Source of the DNA: Bdellovibrionales bacterium
GTDB lineage: Bacteria; Bdellovibrionota; Bdellovibrionia; Bdellovibrionales; UBA1609
DNA length: 64,000 nucleotides
Direction: 5' to 3'
Assembly (NCBI GenBank): GCA_965226095.1
Contig: OZ245336.1
Location: 74,919 to 138,918, forward strand
A model generated the notes under the pieces. That model saw only the letters and a program-made list of their open reading frames with translations. It searched no databases and was not told the origin of the DNA. The position numbers and the translations under genes were made by a program. Shown here in pieces: positions 47,179 to 56,345 of the stretch (positions are counted from its first letter, which is position 1; the number at the start of each line of letters is the position of its first letter).

Positions 47179-47707
47179 ACCTCAGAGCGTAAAATAATTT
47201 TTCTATTAGTTTAGACTTGAAGAAATCTTATTATTCCAGCTTGAATTGTCTTAAGTCAATGAAACTTGAGACCAATAATCTAGGTATGGATGATTTTGAA
47301 ATAGCTAATTCAATAGGCTGAAATTTAGGACGAGCATTATCACTTCCAGTAATGCTTCTTATATTTTGGTTGATTAAAGTACTTATTAAAAAAACTGTGA
47401 AATCTATAAAATCTGCAAATCAGATTCTAAAATCACAATGGCACAAGACTATGAATAAAGCTGCTGACCGGATAAAACGAAAACCAAAACAAATAAACAT
47501 TTTAATTATAAATAATATTAATTATCCTAATCCTGAAACAAAAAATCATAAAAAAGAATGTAAAACTGTCTCCAACTTTTAAAATATAAAACGATAATAA
47601 CGTAAAACAGGATATTTTAAAAATTAAATCTGCTTAAGATTTTCTAAATTACAACCGATAAAGTGTATATGAAAACATTATTTTTATTATTACTAGGAAC
47701 TTTTTAG

Positions 47708-48061
47708 ATGTTGCTTGTACTTAGTATGTTAGTATTGACCCCATTTGCTTTCGGACATAGCACCTCTGAAAAGATGTGCCTAAGTCACGAATTATTATAT
47801 ATGCGAAATCAGATAAGTTATAACTCATATTATGAAAATATTGTAAACAAATTACCTAATAAAGAAAAAATAAAGTTTCTTGATAGGTTGATGGAATATT
47901 TAGATGAAGAATCTAAGTTAAACAATGAAGCAGAAACACTTTTAAAAAATGAGATTATTAACAACTTTAAACTTTGTGAAAAACAAGTTAAACTTGAACT
48001 TAAAATTCAAAAATTTTGGACTAAATACATACATTATATAACACCGAAACAAAAAAAGTAA
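47708..48061 (+). CDS. Small secreted hypothetical protein
   Basis: Signal-like MLLVLSMLVLTPFAFG. An upstream in-frame MKTLFLLLLGTF is cut off by a TAG. Confidence 0.4.
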   Translation: MLLVLSMLVLTPFAFGHSTSEKMCLSHELLYMRNQISYNSYYENIVNKLPNKEKIKFLDRLMEYLDEESKLNNEAETLLKNEIINNFKLCEKQVKLELKIQKFWTKYIHYITPKQKK

Positions 48062-48237
48062 ATAAGAAAACTATTGATACATATATCTTCTCCCTAAAAA
48101 TCACTTGATAAAATTCCTATAAAATTGGTACAATTTATACTAATTTCATAGGTTTTAAAAAAGTTTTTTCTTAACCTTTAATAAAACTCTTCTTAAACTA
48201 CAATACAAACCAAACACAAAATTTACGAAGTAAATGA

Positions 48238-48624
48238 TCAAGACTTTAAAGAATCCATACCAAACCTATTAACTCCAATTGTTCCTTTTACAAACCATAA
48301 CTTAAATAAAATATAAATGTTGTAACCAGGAACCAGTAATGCAAAAAAATACTTACTTGACATATTGATGTCATGAAATCTTTTAGCTGTTAGGTTAAAA
48401 CCACAAAAATAAAATAAGGAAATAACAGAAATTAATAAAATAATTGTTAGTATTCTGATGAAAAACGAAGGACTTGTTATAAATGGTTCTAAAACTGTCC
48501 ATTCTAATTCTCTGCCTATCTGCAAAGGAGAAAATAAAATTCCCAAAGCACTCGACCATAACAAATATCGCTTTCTGTTTAATCGACCTCTATGACTAAA
48601 AAACATTTTAAAAAGAAGTTTCAC
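48238..48624 (-). CDS. DUF805-family inner membrane protein
   Basis: GRLNRKRYLLWS and AKRFHDINMS motifs with hydrophobic helices. Confidence 0.7.
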   Translation of the reverse strand: MKLLFKMFFSHRGRLNRKRYLLWSSALGILFSPLQIGRELEWTVLEPFITSPSFFIRILTIILLISVISLFYFCGFNLTAKRFHDINMSSKYFFALLVPGYNIYILFKLWFVKGTIGVNRFGMDSLKS

Positions 48625-48679
48625 AAAGGATTCATCGGATTAAAGTCATTTTTGCTTTAATTTCTTTCCAACAACCAAA

Positions 48680-48886
48680 GAAGCCCCTGACCAATTTAAA
48701 AATCCATGTAGCCAAATATGTAGCCCCATGTAGCCCAAAATTGAAATGCTGGGAAATACCCAGACATAAACACAGTGAAATAGCAGTTGCCTGATTTGTT
48801 AGGAATGTCGGGGACTTGAAATACCTCGACATTTCCTGAAATATTAATAATAAGAATTTTAAAAAGTTGTGTTGAAAAATGGTCGG
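48680..48886. repeat. ~215-bp dispersed repeat, copy 2
   Basis: GAAGCCCCTGA...AAATCCATGTAGCCAAATATGTAG...GTCGGGGACTTGAAATACCTCGACATTTCCTGAAAT...AAAAAGTTGT...TGGTCGG aligns with copy 1. Confidence 0.8.
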
Positions 48887-48969
48887 ATCGACTGGATAAA
48901 AGATAAAGTATTCAAAACACTAAAATACCTTAATAAATCAATAAAACCTCTCCTATTTTTCCTGTTAGT

Positions 48970-48999
48970 AACCGCTGATAACCGCTACTAACCGATGTA
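48970..48999. repeat. Three 10-bp-phased direct repeats TAACCGCTGA TAACCGCTAC TAACCGATGT
   Basis: Read directly. Exact helical-turn spacing, iteron-like. Confidence 0.7.
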
Positions 49000-49244
49000 T
49001 CCCATTAAAATTGGTCGTATTTTTTCGATTCGACCTTATGTTTTTTTATAATAAAATTTCACTAAAATATGTAATAATTTCAGATGTTTTATACTGCCAG
49101 TTATTCCGGAATCCATCAGCATAGATAAAAATTTTTGATTTTCTCATAGGTATTAAAAATACGAAAGTATTAAATTACATGTAAAGAAATAATAAAATAA
49201 GATCAAGTATGATTCCCATTTTTTTGTAGCTTTTGAACTTCTTT

Positions 49245-50618
49245 TTATATTGGATTCGCAACCTTACCTATAAATAAAATTTGCGCTGTTTTTCTTTCTT
49301 GTATCAGAAACAAAAAAGGATGATCTGCTTTGAATACAGGAGGCATAGAAGATGGTACCATCATTGCTACACCAGTAACAGCCACCGCTTCCGTTCCCTC
49401 TTCATTCACATCAATAAAAGACTTGTGTATAATATCTTTTATATATAAATTTTGATCTTCTTTATTTTTTATATTTTCAGCAAACTTTAAAAAATCTGCT
49501 TTCTTTTTGTTAAATGCTAAAGGCATATACTGTTTTAATATTTTTGAAAGTTTATAATTCTTTTTAAAAGTGAACTTTGGAAGATACACTGTTATTTCTC
49601 TCTCGAAAAAATCTTTTTTCCAGGTTTTAAGATTCTCTTTAGTCAATGATTTTTCAAGAGAAATTAAATCTGCTTTCTTTAAAGTCTTTTTTGTATTTGT
49701 CATAAAATTACCCTCATAATTATCTCTCTCCTTTGGCTTTCCTGGAAAATCCTTAGGTAGAAGAATTAACATGGAAAGCTCTTTACCTTTATAAGGTATT
49801 TCAAGCATCTGCATAGTTTCTGTTTCCATATAATTAAAAATTTCTGTCATTCTCATCATAGAAACTTTAATTTTTTCTTTTTTACTGATTATAAATCGCT
49901 GTTTTTTGGTATTTGATTTTTTAAATTTCTGATTCCAATCCCCTTTAAAATAAATAGTATTGATTAAACTTAAGCCACAAAGTTCGGTATCTGTAGGTTT
50001 ACAATCTTGAACCACATTTTTGAATTTATTCACAGTTTTATGTTCTATCCATTGATTGATTTTTTTTGCGGGAGTATTTATAAATACCTTTGCTCCATAA
50101 TATTTTTGTATATCTTTAAATATTCTTGATTGTAAGTTTTCTTGAATCCACAAAGCATTAGCTGTAAGAAATTGATACTCTGTTTTTGGCTTATTTAATT
50201 GGTTATAGATATTAGCTATCGCCGGCCTGCGAACATTGTTGTTTTCAGAGAAATAAAACACAGATTGCATTTCATTAGCCGTTTGACCATTAGCACCCTC
50301 ATAGGCCATTGCCATAGCTGTAAAAATCCCATAGGGAGAAAAAAATATATTTTTATTAGGTTTTTCAGAACTCAAATAGGCATACAAATTTAATGCAAAT
50401 TTGTTATTTGCAGAGATAATTACCTTTTTACTCTCTTTCGTGACGCCTGTATCATCTGCTTTTTTGAAATCAGCCTCTACTTCATTTGATTTTTCTTTTT
50501 TTAAATCTATTAAACCAGAAGTTTCTTTTCTAGAGTTTTTACTTACACATGAGATTGTCAATCCGACTAAAAGGAAAAGTAAAGTAATATATTTTATAAA
50601 AAGAATAATAACTTTCAT
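49245..50618 (-). CDS. Serpin (serine protease inhibitor) lipoprotein
   Basis: FSPYGIFTAMAMAYEGANGQTANEM, hinge/RCL EEGTEAVAVTGVAMMVPSS and FKADHPFLFLIQE. Lipobox LTISC. Confidence 0.9.
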   Translation of the reverse strand: MKVIILFIKYITLLFLLVGLTISCVSKNSRKETSGLIDLKKEKSNEVEADFKKADDTGVTKESKKVIISANNKFALNLYAYLSSEKPNKNIFFSPYGIFTAMAMAYEGANGQTANEMQSVFYFSENNNVRRPAIANIYNQLNKPKTEYQFLTANALWIQENLQSRIFKDIQKYYGAKVFINTPAKKINQWIEHKTVNKFKNVVQDCKPTDTELCGLSLINTIYFKGDWNQKFKKSNTKKQRFIISKKEKIKVSMMRMTEIFNYMETETMQMLEIPYKGKELSMLILLPKDFPGKPKERDNYEGNFMTNTKKTLKKADLISLEKSLTKENLKTWKKDFFEREITVYLPKFTFKKNYKLSKILKQYMPLAFNKKKADFLKFAENIKNKEDQNLYIKDIIHKSFIDVNEEGTEAVAVTGVAMMVPSSMPPVFKADHPFLFLIQERKTAQILFIGKVANPI

Positions 50619-51099
50619 ATGACCCTTACAAAGTTTCTTAAGAGATTTTAAAAACCAATTTATTGATTTAAATACTACAACTTTTTTGGTTTAAATGAAA
50701 TTCTTTTTTAAGAGCTTTAAAAGCTTTCTTTTTCTTTATATTTTTACAATCTTGATATTCGTCACGTGTTCTAAAACATTTTTGACAAGTAAAGCAGTAG
50801 AATAGACATCTCTCCTTATTTATTATATTACACTTAGAACTTATTGGTTCATTGCATTATCTTTATTTTCTTCAAACTCGAGTTGTTTTATTTAGGACAT
50901 AGATTTGTTCCCTTGAATTACTTTAATTGATCTACCAAAGTTTTGGTGACTTTAAACTCTTCCTCTGCTCTGTTATATTTAGCTAATATTTTTCTCCATT
51001 TCTCTCCTCCTAATTGTTTTATTTTATCTTTAGCTTCTTTAGACTTAGATGCTATTTTTCTCAGAAGATCAGAGTTAAGGAGATCTTTATCAGTCTTAA

Positions 51100-51714
51100 T
51101 TATTTTTTTTCAATAACATTAACAATGAGAGCTTCGCCCATTTCATGTCTTGCTTTATCTCTTTCAGCTACTGCTCTTCTAAATTCGGGAATAGTTCTTT
51201 TTAATTCGGCAAATACCTTGTCTCTTTCAGCAGCAGCTTTGTTTTTCTTATCCATTGCTCTTTGTAAAACAGTAAAAAGTTTTCTCTGTTCATCATCAGC
51301 TTTTTTATCTTCTGGACTAAGTTTAGCTAAAAAAAAAATTCTTCTAGATTCCCTCATAGCCCAATAACTCTTATTAGATTCATTAGAGGCTTTTTCCTTT
51401 TTAACATCAATTTTCTCCCACCTGTCATCTAATTTTGCCCATTCATTATAAGCCTTTTCCTTGTATTTATCTTCAGCCTTTATCCACTTATCAAAAGCTT
51501 TATCTCTCTTATCTTTAATTTTTATCCATTCATCCTGAATTTTTAAAAACTTAACTAAGGTTTTGTCTTTAAGCTTGGCCATCCACTTATTATTAGTTTT
51601 ATTTTCTTTAGTTACAGTCTCTACTAGATTACCTCTGTTTAATTCAGCTGAAGAATCAAAAGATAAAAAAGAACAGGCGAAAAAGAGTACATATAAAGAG
51701 AAAGATAATTTCAT
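51100..51714 (-). CDS. Secreted Lys/Glu/Asp-rich coiled-coil protein
   Basis: MKLSFSLYVLFFACSFLSF signal, then charged helical repeats (DKWIKAEDKYKEKAYNEWAKLDDRWEK). Confidence 0.6.
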   Translation of the reverse strand: MKLSFSLYVLFFACSFLSFDSSAELNRGNLVETVTKENKTNNKWMAKLKDKTLVKFLKIQDEWIKIKDKRDKAFDKWIKAEDKYKEKAYNEWAKLDDRWEKIDVKKEKASNESNKSYWAMRESRRIFFLAKLSPEDKKADDEQRKLFTVLQRAMDKKNKAAAERDKVFAELKRTIPEFRRAVAERDKARHEMGEALIVNVIEKK

Positions 51715-52036
51715 AATAAAGCAATATCGGTTGATGATCATAAAAATTCAATAACATCTTCCAAAATATGGTCCAAACTAAAGCTGGTGTTTACATTTTG
51801 GGAGGTGATTTGGAAGCGAGTCTCCTCTTCATCCTTCCATTAGGATCAATTGGAGGCCAAAATAACTATTGAAAACTGAACAATGAAGCCTAGTACACTA
51901 TCCACTTTTCAGGGACAATCCATTTCTTAAAATGAGACACTATTTTTATTCGTAACAGGTAAAGAGATATAATGTCGTAGCTTTTTATAATTATAAAATC
52001 CTTTACTGAGATTAGTGCTTCGCCGATGAATATCTT

Positions 52037-53074
52037 ATGAGAATTAAATACTTTCTTATTCTTTTACTCAGCTTTTCGGCCAATGTATCAGCTCAAGATA
52101 ATACTTGGAGAGGACTTAAAATAGAAAAAGAGAATCGATGTTCTCCCTACAATCGCTCAAAAGATTATGTCTATCCTCAGACAGTAGAAAATAAAATTGT
52201 AGAAACTTTGGGAAATAAAATTTATTCTCCTTATTCTGGAAAATTTTTCAAATCAATAGAAGAAACAGACATTGAACATATTGTTTCATTATCTGAAGCT
52301 CATGACAGTGGCCTTTGTGCTGCTGATGAGAAGATAAAAAATCGTTTTGCTTTGGATATTCACAATCTTACTTTAGCTTCTCCAACTGTTAATCGTGATG
52401 AAAAATCAGGATATGATGCTTCTGACTGGCTTCCTGAAAAAAACAAGTGCTGGTTTGCCAACAAAGTTATTGCAGTTAAAAAAGCCTATAACTTAACAGT
52501 TAATTCAGAAGAGTTGGTGGCCTTGGAAAAAGTAATCTCTCAGTGTCCATCTTTTGAAATGGTCTTTTTTGAAAACAAGAATAGTTCTCCCAATCCAGTA
52601 CAAAAAAATACTGGATCACATATAGTAGCAGGATTTACAGGAGGCCTGAATGTCAAAAAAAGCAGATCGGGAATATGTCACTGGAAAGTCTCCAGTCCAT
52701 ACTATTCTATGACGAAGCATTATCAGTCCTTTCCTGATGTTAAATCCTGTTTAAATTCAGGAGGTAGATGTCCGAAAAAAGATTTACAATGTCAAAATAC
52801 CACTGCTAATAATAAGGAAAGCTCTCATAAACAACAAAAGGTTTCTTATGCGCATAAAACCAATGCTGAACAACTAACTATCAATCAAGGAAATGAGCCG
52901 AACGTTAAAAAGAGCAGATCGGGAATATGTCATTCAAAAAATTCAAGTTCTAGTTATTCCAGAACGAAGAATTTTACAACCTACCAGAGCTTGGAGTTGT
53001 GTTTAAATTCAGGGGGCAGGTGTCCTAAGAGGGACTCTGTGTGTAAAAATAAAAGGGCTCCTGCTGCTTATTAA
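52037..53074 (+). CDS. Secreted His-Me finger (HNH/DUF1524-like) nuclease with two C-terminal Cys/His-rich modules
   Basis: Signal MRIKYFLILLLSFSANVSA, then DIEHIVSLSEAHDSG...HNLTLASPTVNRDEKSGYDASDWLP. A duplicated module NVKKSRSGICHxKxSSxYSxTKxxxxxxSxxxCLNSGGRCPKxD follows. Confidence 0.7.
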   Translation: MRIKYFLILLLSFSANVSAQDNTWRGLKIEKENRCSPYNRSKDYVYPQTVENKIVETLGNKIYSPYSGKFFKSIEETDIEHIVSLSEAHDSGLCAADEKIKNRFALDIHNLTLASPTVNRDEKSGYDASDWLPEKNKCWFANKVIAVKKAYNLTVNSEELVALEKVISQCPSFEMVFFENKNSSPNPVQKNTGSHIVAGFTGGLNVKKSRSGICHWKVSSPYYSMTKHYQSFPDVKSCLNSGGRCPKKDLQCQNTTANNKESSHKQQKVSYAHKTNAEQLTINQGNEPNVKKSRSGICHSKNSSSSYSRTKNFTTYQSLELCLNSGGRCPKRDSVCKNKRAPAAY

Positions 53075-53226
53075 AAATAATTATTTATCATTATTTTCCT
53101 CCTTATTACTTTTATCACCTACAAAAAGATGAGAATTATATAAAATAAGTCAAGTAAATGATATAAAAAAATTCCATAAAACTTGTAACGTATTAAAAAA
53201 TATTGATAAATATTACATGAGGATTT

Positions 53227-53703
53227 ATGAAAAATATTTCAATAAATAGAAAAGGTTTTACCTTATTTGAAATCCTGGTGACTGTAGGAATTATATGGGT
53301 ATTATCCACCTTTGTTGTTACTCCTGCTTGTGATCAATATAAAAAATCAGCTTCTCAATATAAAAATAATAAAGATTATAATAAAAATACTGTTTGTGAA
53401 AAGGCTAAAGAAGCTTATAAAAAAGCACACCTTGAATTTTATAAATTCAATAAATATGAAGAAGCAAAAATGTGGAAGTATCTTGATAAACTAGAATCAC
53501 AAGGAGTACCCGTTGACGATATATCAGCTTCTCAATTAGCAAAACGTGATCCGAAGTATGCCAAACATCTTAAAAAAAAGACTACTATTCATGATAAACA
53601 TCAAAAGCAAAAAGATCAATATTTTAAGATATGTAAAACAAAAAAAGATTTAACCTGGAAACAAATTATAAAAGAATGGAAATCTCAAGGACTTTTGCCT
53701 TAA
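53227..53703 (+). CDS. Orphan type IV pilin/pseudopilin-like protein
   Basis: Prepilin signature NRKG|FTLFEILVTVGIIWVLS (G-1, F+1, E+5), then a Lys-rich helical region. Confidence 0.75.
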   Translation: MKNISINRKGFTLFEILVTVGIIWVLSTFVVTPACDQYKKSASQYKNNKDYNKNTVCEKAKEAYKKAHLEFYKFNKYEEAKMWKYLDKLESQGVPVDDISASQLAKRDPKYAKHLKKKTTIHDKHQKQKDQYFKICKTKKDLTWKQIIKEWKSQGLLP

Positions 53704-54258
53704 TAAACAGTAATCTTTTTTACACTTCTTAAAGCATTAAAGTTGTTTTCAAAAACCTAATAAAGTATTATTACAAATTGAAAGACTTTATATTTTTCAA
53801 AACTTATAGTATGCTTAAAATCTAGTGAGAAATATCTCAAAAGAGATTCTTTGTATGATAGTTTCAGGAAATCATCTTCTCATTTATAATTCTTAATAAA
53901 GGAAATTTATGGCATCTCTTACAGAAAAAGAAAAAAAAGGAGTTATTAAAATGGAAAAAAGCAATTAAAGCTTTATTTTTAATCCCAGTAAAGATTTTTC
54001 TTTTTCTATCTATAAAAATCAGAAAGCAATTTGATGGATTATTTTCAGCTTTTATTCTTGTAATATCTTGTATCATTTTTTCATACTTTGTATTTTTTTG
54101 TATTACTTTTTCATATAATAAATTTAAGTTTTTTAAAACTATTCCGATATGTTTATAGCTACAATCAATCTCTATACTTTTGATGATAGGCTCTCTTATT
54201 TGCTTTGATTGTAGTTATTCAATAGCAGTAAGATGGCCGCTTTTTAAGGAAAGTAGTT

Positions 54259-54873
54259 ATGGGAAAATCTCTTATTATTTTTGTAGTGTGTTTTGAGTTG
54301 TGCTTATTGCTATTTTTTTTCATAGGTTGTGAAAAAAAAACAGAAACACTAGACTCTATAATAAACGAGAGTATCGAAGTTGAAAAACAGCTAGAAACAG
54401 TAAATAACCAGCTAGATAAGGAGCTTTTGTCCGATATTGAAAGAGAACGATTGAGAATACAACAAGAGCAATTAAGAGTTGAACAGGAACGATTGAGAAG
54501 ACAAAAAGAACAAGAGCAATTAAGAATACAACAAGAGCAATTAAGAGCTGAAGAGGCCCAAAGAAGAGCTGAAGAGCAAAGAAGAGCTGAAGAGGTTCAA
54601 AGAAGAGCTGAAGAGGCTCAAAGAAGAGCTGAAGAGCAAAGAAGAGCTGAAGAGCAAAGAAGAGCTGAAGAGCAAAGAAGAGTTGCTGAACAATGGTGTT
54701 CATCACAAAATGAAGGTTGCCTATATTTTTGCGGACAGGACTTAAATATATGTAGAGTGGAAGCGGACCGTAGGAATGATTTTTTTGAATCCAATTGTAG
54801 CAATACGGCTCAATCATGTCGTTATGGATGCAATCGAGAGGAAGTTGCTTGCATTTTAAATGCAAGATTATAA
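54259..54873 (+). CDS. Lipoprotein with (Q)RRAEE(x) low-complexity repeats and a Cys-rich C-terminus
   Basis: Lipobox FFIGC, 18/21-bp tandem repeats at 54540-54680 and eight Cys in the last 60 aa. Confidence 0.7.
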   Translation: MGKSLIIFVVCFELCLLLFFFIGCEKKTETLDSIINESIEVEKQLETVNNQLDKELLSDIERERLRIQQEQLRVEQERLRRQKEQEQLRIQQEQLRAEEAQRRAEEQRRAEEVQRRAEEAQRRAEEQRRAEEQRRAEEQRRVAEQWCSSQNEGCLYFCGQDLNICRVEADRRNDFFESNCSNTAQSCRYGCNREEVACILNARL

Positions 54874-54940
54874 GAGGGTGCTTTGCCTGAAAATTTTATA
54901 GAACAGGCTGTAAAATAGGAGAAAACTGAACAGAATTTTT

Positions 54941-56110
54941 TCACTCCTGAATAACAGAAGATTTAAAGTTCTCTTCTAAATTTTTGCAAAAGAAATCAAA
55001 GGGCCAAATTTCAATTCCTTCTTCTGTTTTTCTTATAGCTTTACCTAAGTAAACCACGATTCGTTTTTTAACAGCAGATAGTTCATTAATAGCTTTCAAC
55101 CCTCTATAATCTTGTGAGGACACTTGAGTTTTGGCTTTAACTTCAATGGCTATTAATTCTTTTCCTCTTTTTAAAAGAAAATCCACTTCTGTTTTTTTTG
55201 CTTCCGAAGAAGACCAGTAGTAAATATCTTCATAAAGATTACAATAATCTTTATAAGCTCTTAAGATTTGGGCTATCAACCCCTCAAACAGAAATCCTTT
55301 TTCTTCAACAGACACAGGGCCAAAATTTTTCTTTAAAGCTCGTACAATCCCTGGATCAATCAAATAAAACTTATCTCTTTTTTGCTCTTTTACACGAAGC
55401 TTTGCTTGATAAGCAGGTAGAAAAAAGCCCAGCATTGTATCTTCTAAAATAGAAAAAAAATCACGAACATGATGTATTTTATTTTCAGAATCTCTGGCAA
55501 CACTACTCTTGTTTACAACTTGTCCATGGTATAAACCAGCTATTTCTAAAAAGCGAACAAAAGCAGGGAGGTTTCTTACTAAAGCTTCAGCTTTAATTTC
55601 TTCTGTAAGATAAGTTTCAGTGTAGTCTTTTAATTTATCACTTCTATCAGGAGAAAACCATACAATAGGAAGTAGTCCGTATCGTAAAGCTTGATCTAAA
55701 TTAAAATCTTCCCCTAGTTCTTCAGGTACAAAAGGGTGGAGGAGTTTTTTACCCGCCCGACCACCTAAAAGATTTACTCCTTTAGCTTTGATCTTACGAG
55801 CACTGGAACCGGTAAGAATAAAACGACGATTAGAAGATTCAATAAGGCGATGAACTTCATCTAAAAGCTGAGGCATTTTTTGAATCTCATCCACAATAAC
55901 CAAGCCATCATTTCTAAAAGCATTAACTGTTTCATAAAACTGCCCGATGTTGGAAAGGTAGCTTTGATAAAGAGATGTATTTAAAAGATCAATATAGAGA
56001 GCTTTAGGGAACAATCGTTTTAAAAGAACTGTTTTACCACTTCCTCTAACACCAAACAAAAAGGTACTTTTATTTTCAGAAATTTTAATCATCCGATTTT
56101 TGTATATCAT
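54941..56110 (-). CDS. AAA+ ATPase (AAA_14 plus DUF4143-type)
   Basis: Walker A GVRGSGKT and Walker B LVIVDEIQ. C-terminal EVDFLLKRGKELIAIEVK, a PD-(D/E)xK-like segment typical of this family. Confidence 0.8.
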   Translation of the reverse strand: MIYKNRMIKISENKSTFLFGVRGSGKTVLLKRLFPKALYIDLLNTSLYQSYLSNIGQFYETVNAFRNDGLVIVDEIQKMPQLLDEVHRLIESSNRRFILTGSSARKIKAKGVNLLGGRAGKKLLHPFVPEELGEDFNLDQALRYGLLPIVWFSPDRSDKLKDYTETYLTEEIKAEALVRNLPAFVRFLEIAGLYHGQVVNKSSVARDSENKIHHVRDFFSILEDTMLGFFLPAYQAKLRVKEQKRDKFYLIDPGIVRALKKNFGPVSVEEKGFLFEGLIAQILRAYKDYCNLYEDIYYWSSSEAKKTEVDFLLKRGKELIAIEVKAKTQVSSQDYRGLKAINELSAVKKRIVVYLGKAIRKTEEGIEIWPFDFFCKNLEENFKSSVIQE

Positions 56111-56345
56111 ATTGACATTTTTCGTCGTTTTTTGTAAAAAGTCAATTGAAAAACAGGTTGTTTTTATAAAAATAACGGCATTTATGGATTTTTAAGGTGT
56201 TTTGAAACCAGCTTATATTTACTTCAAAACTGCAAAAAAATGCATTTTTTGAACACTATAAGCCTTATTTTTCAAGTTGTTTGTAAGGGTCAGTTTCAAT
56301 GCCTTTTGAGCCGGCCGTTCTTTTCAAAAGGTTTATCCTCAAACT

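Noticed and set aside
54356-54865. Minus-strand ORFs antisense to the RRAEE repeat gene (54356-54865, 54618-54803)
   Set aside because: They are low-complexity mirror translations (LQLFFA repeats) of the plus-strand lipoprotein gene, which has a lipobox and an RBS-compatible start.
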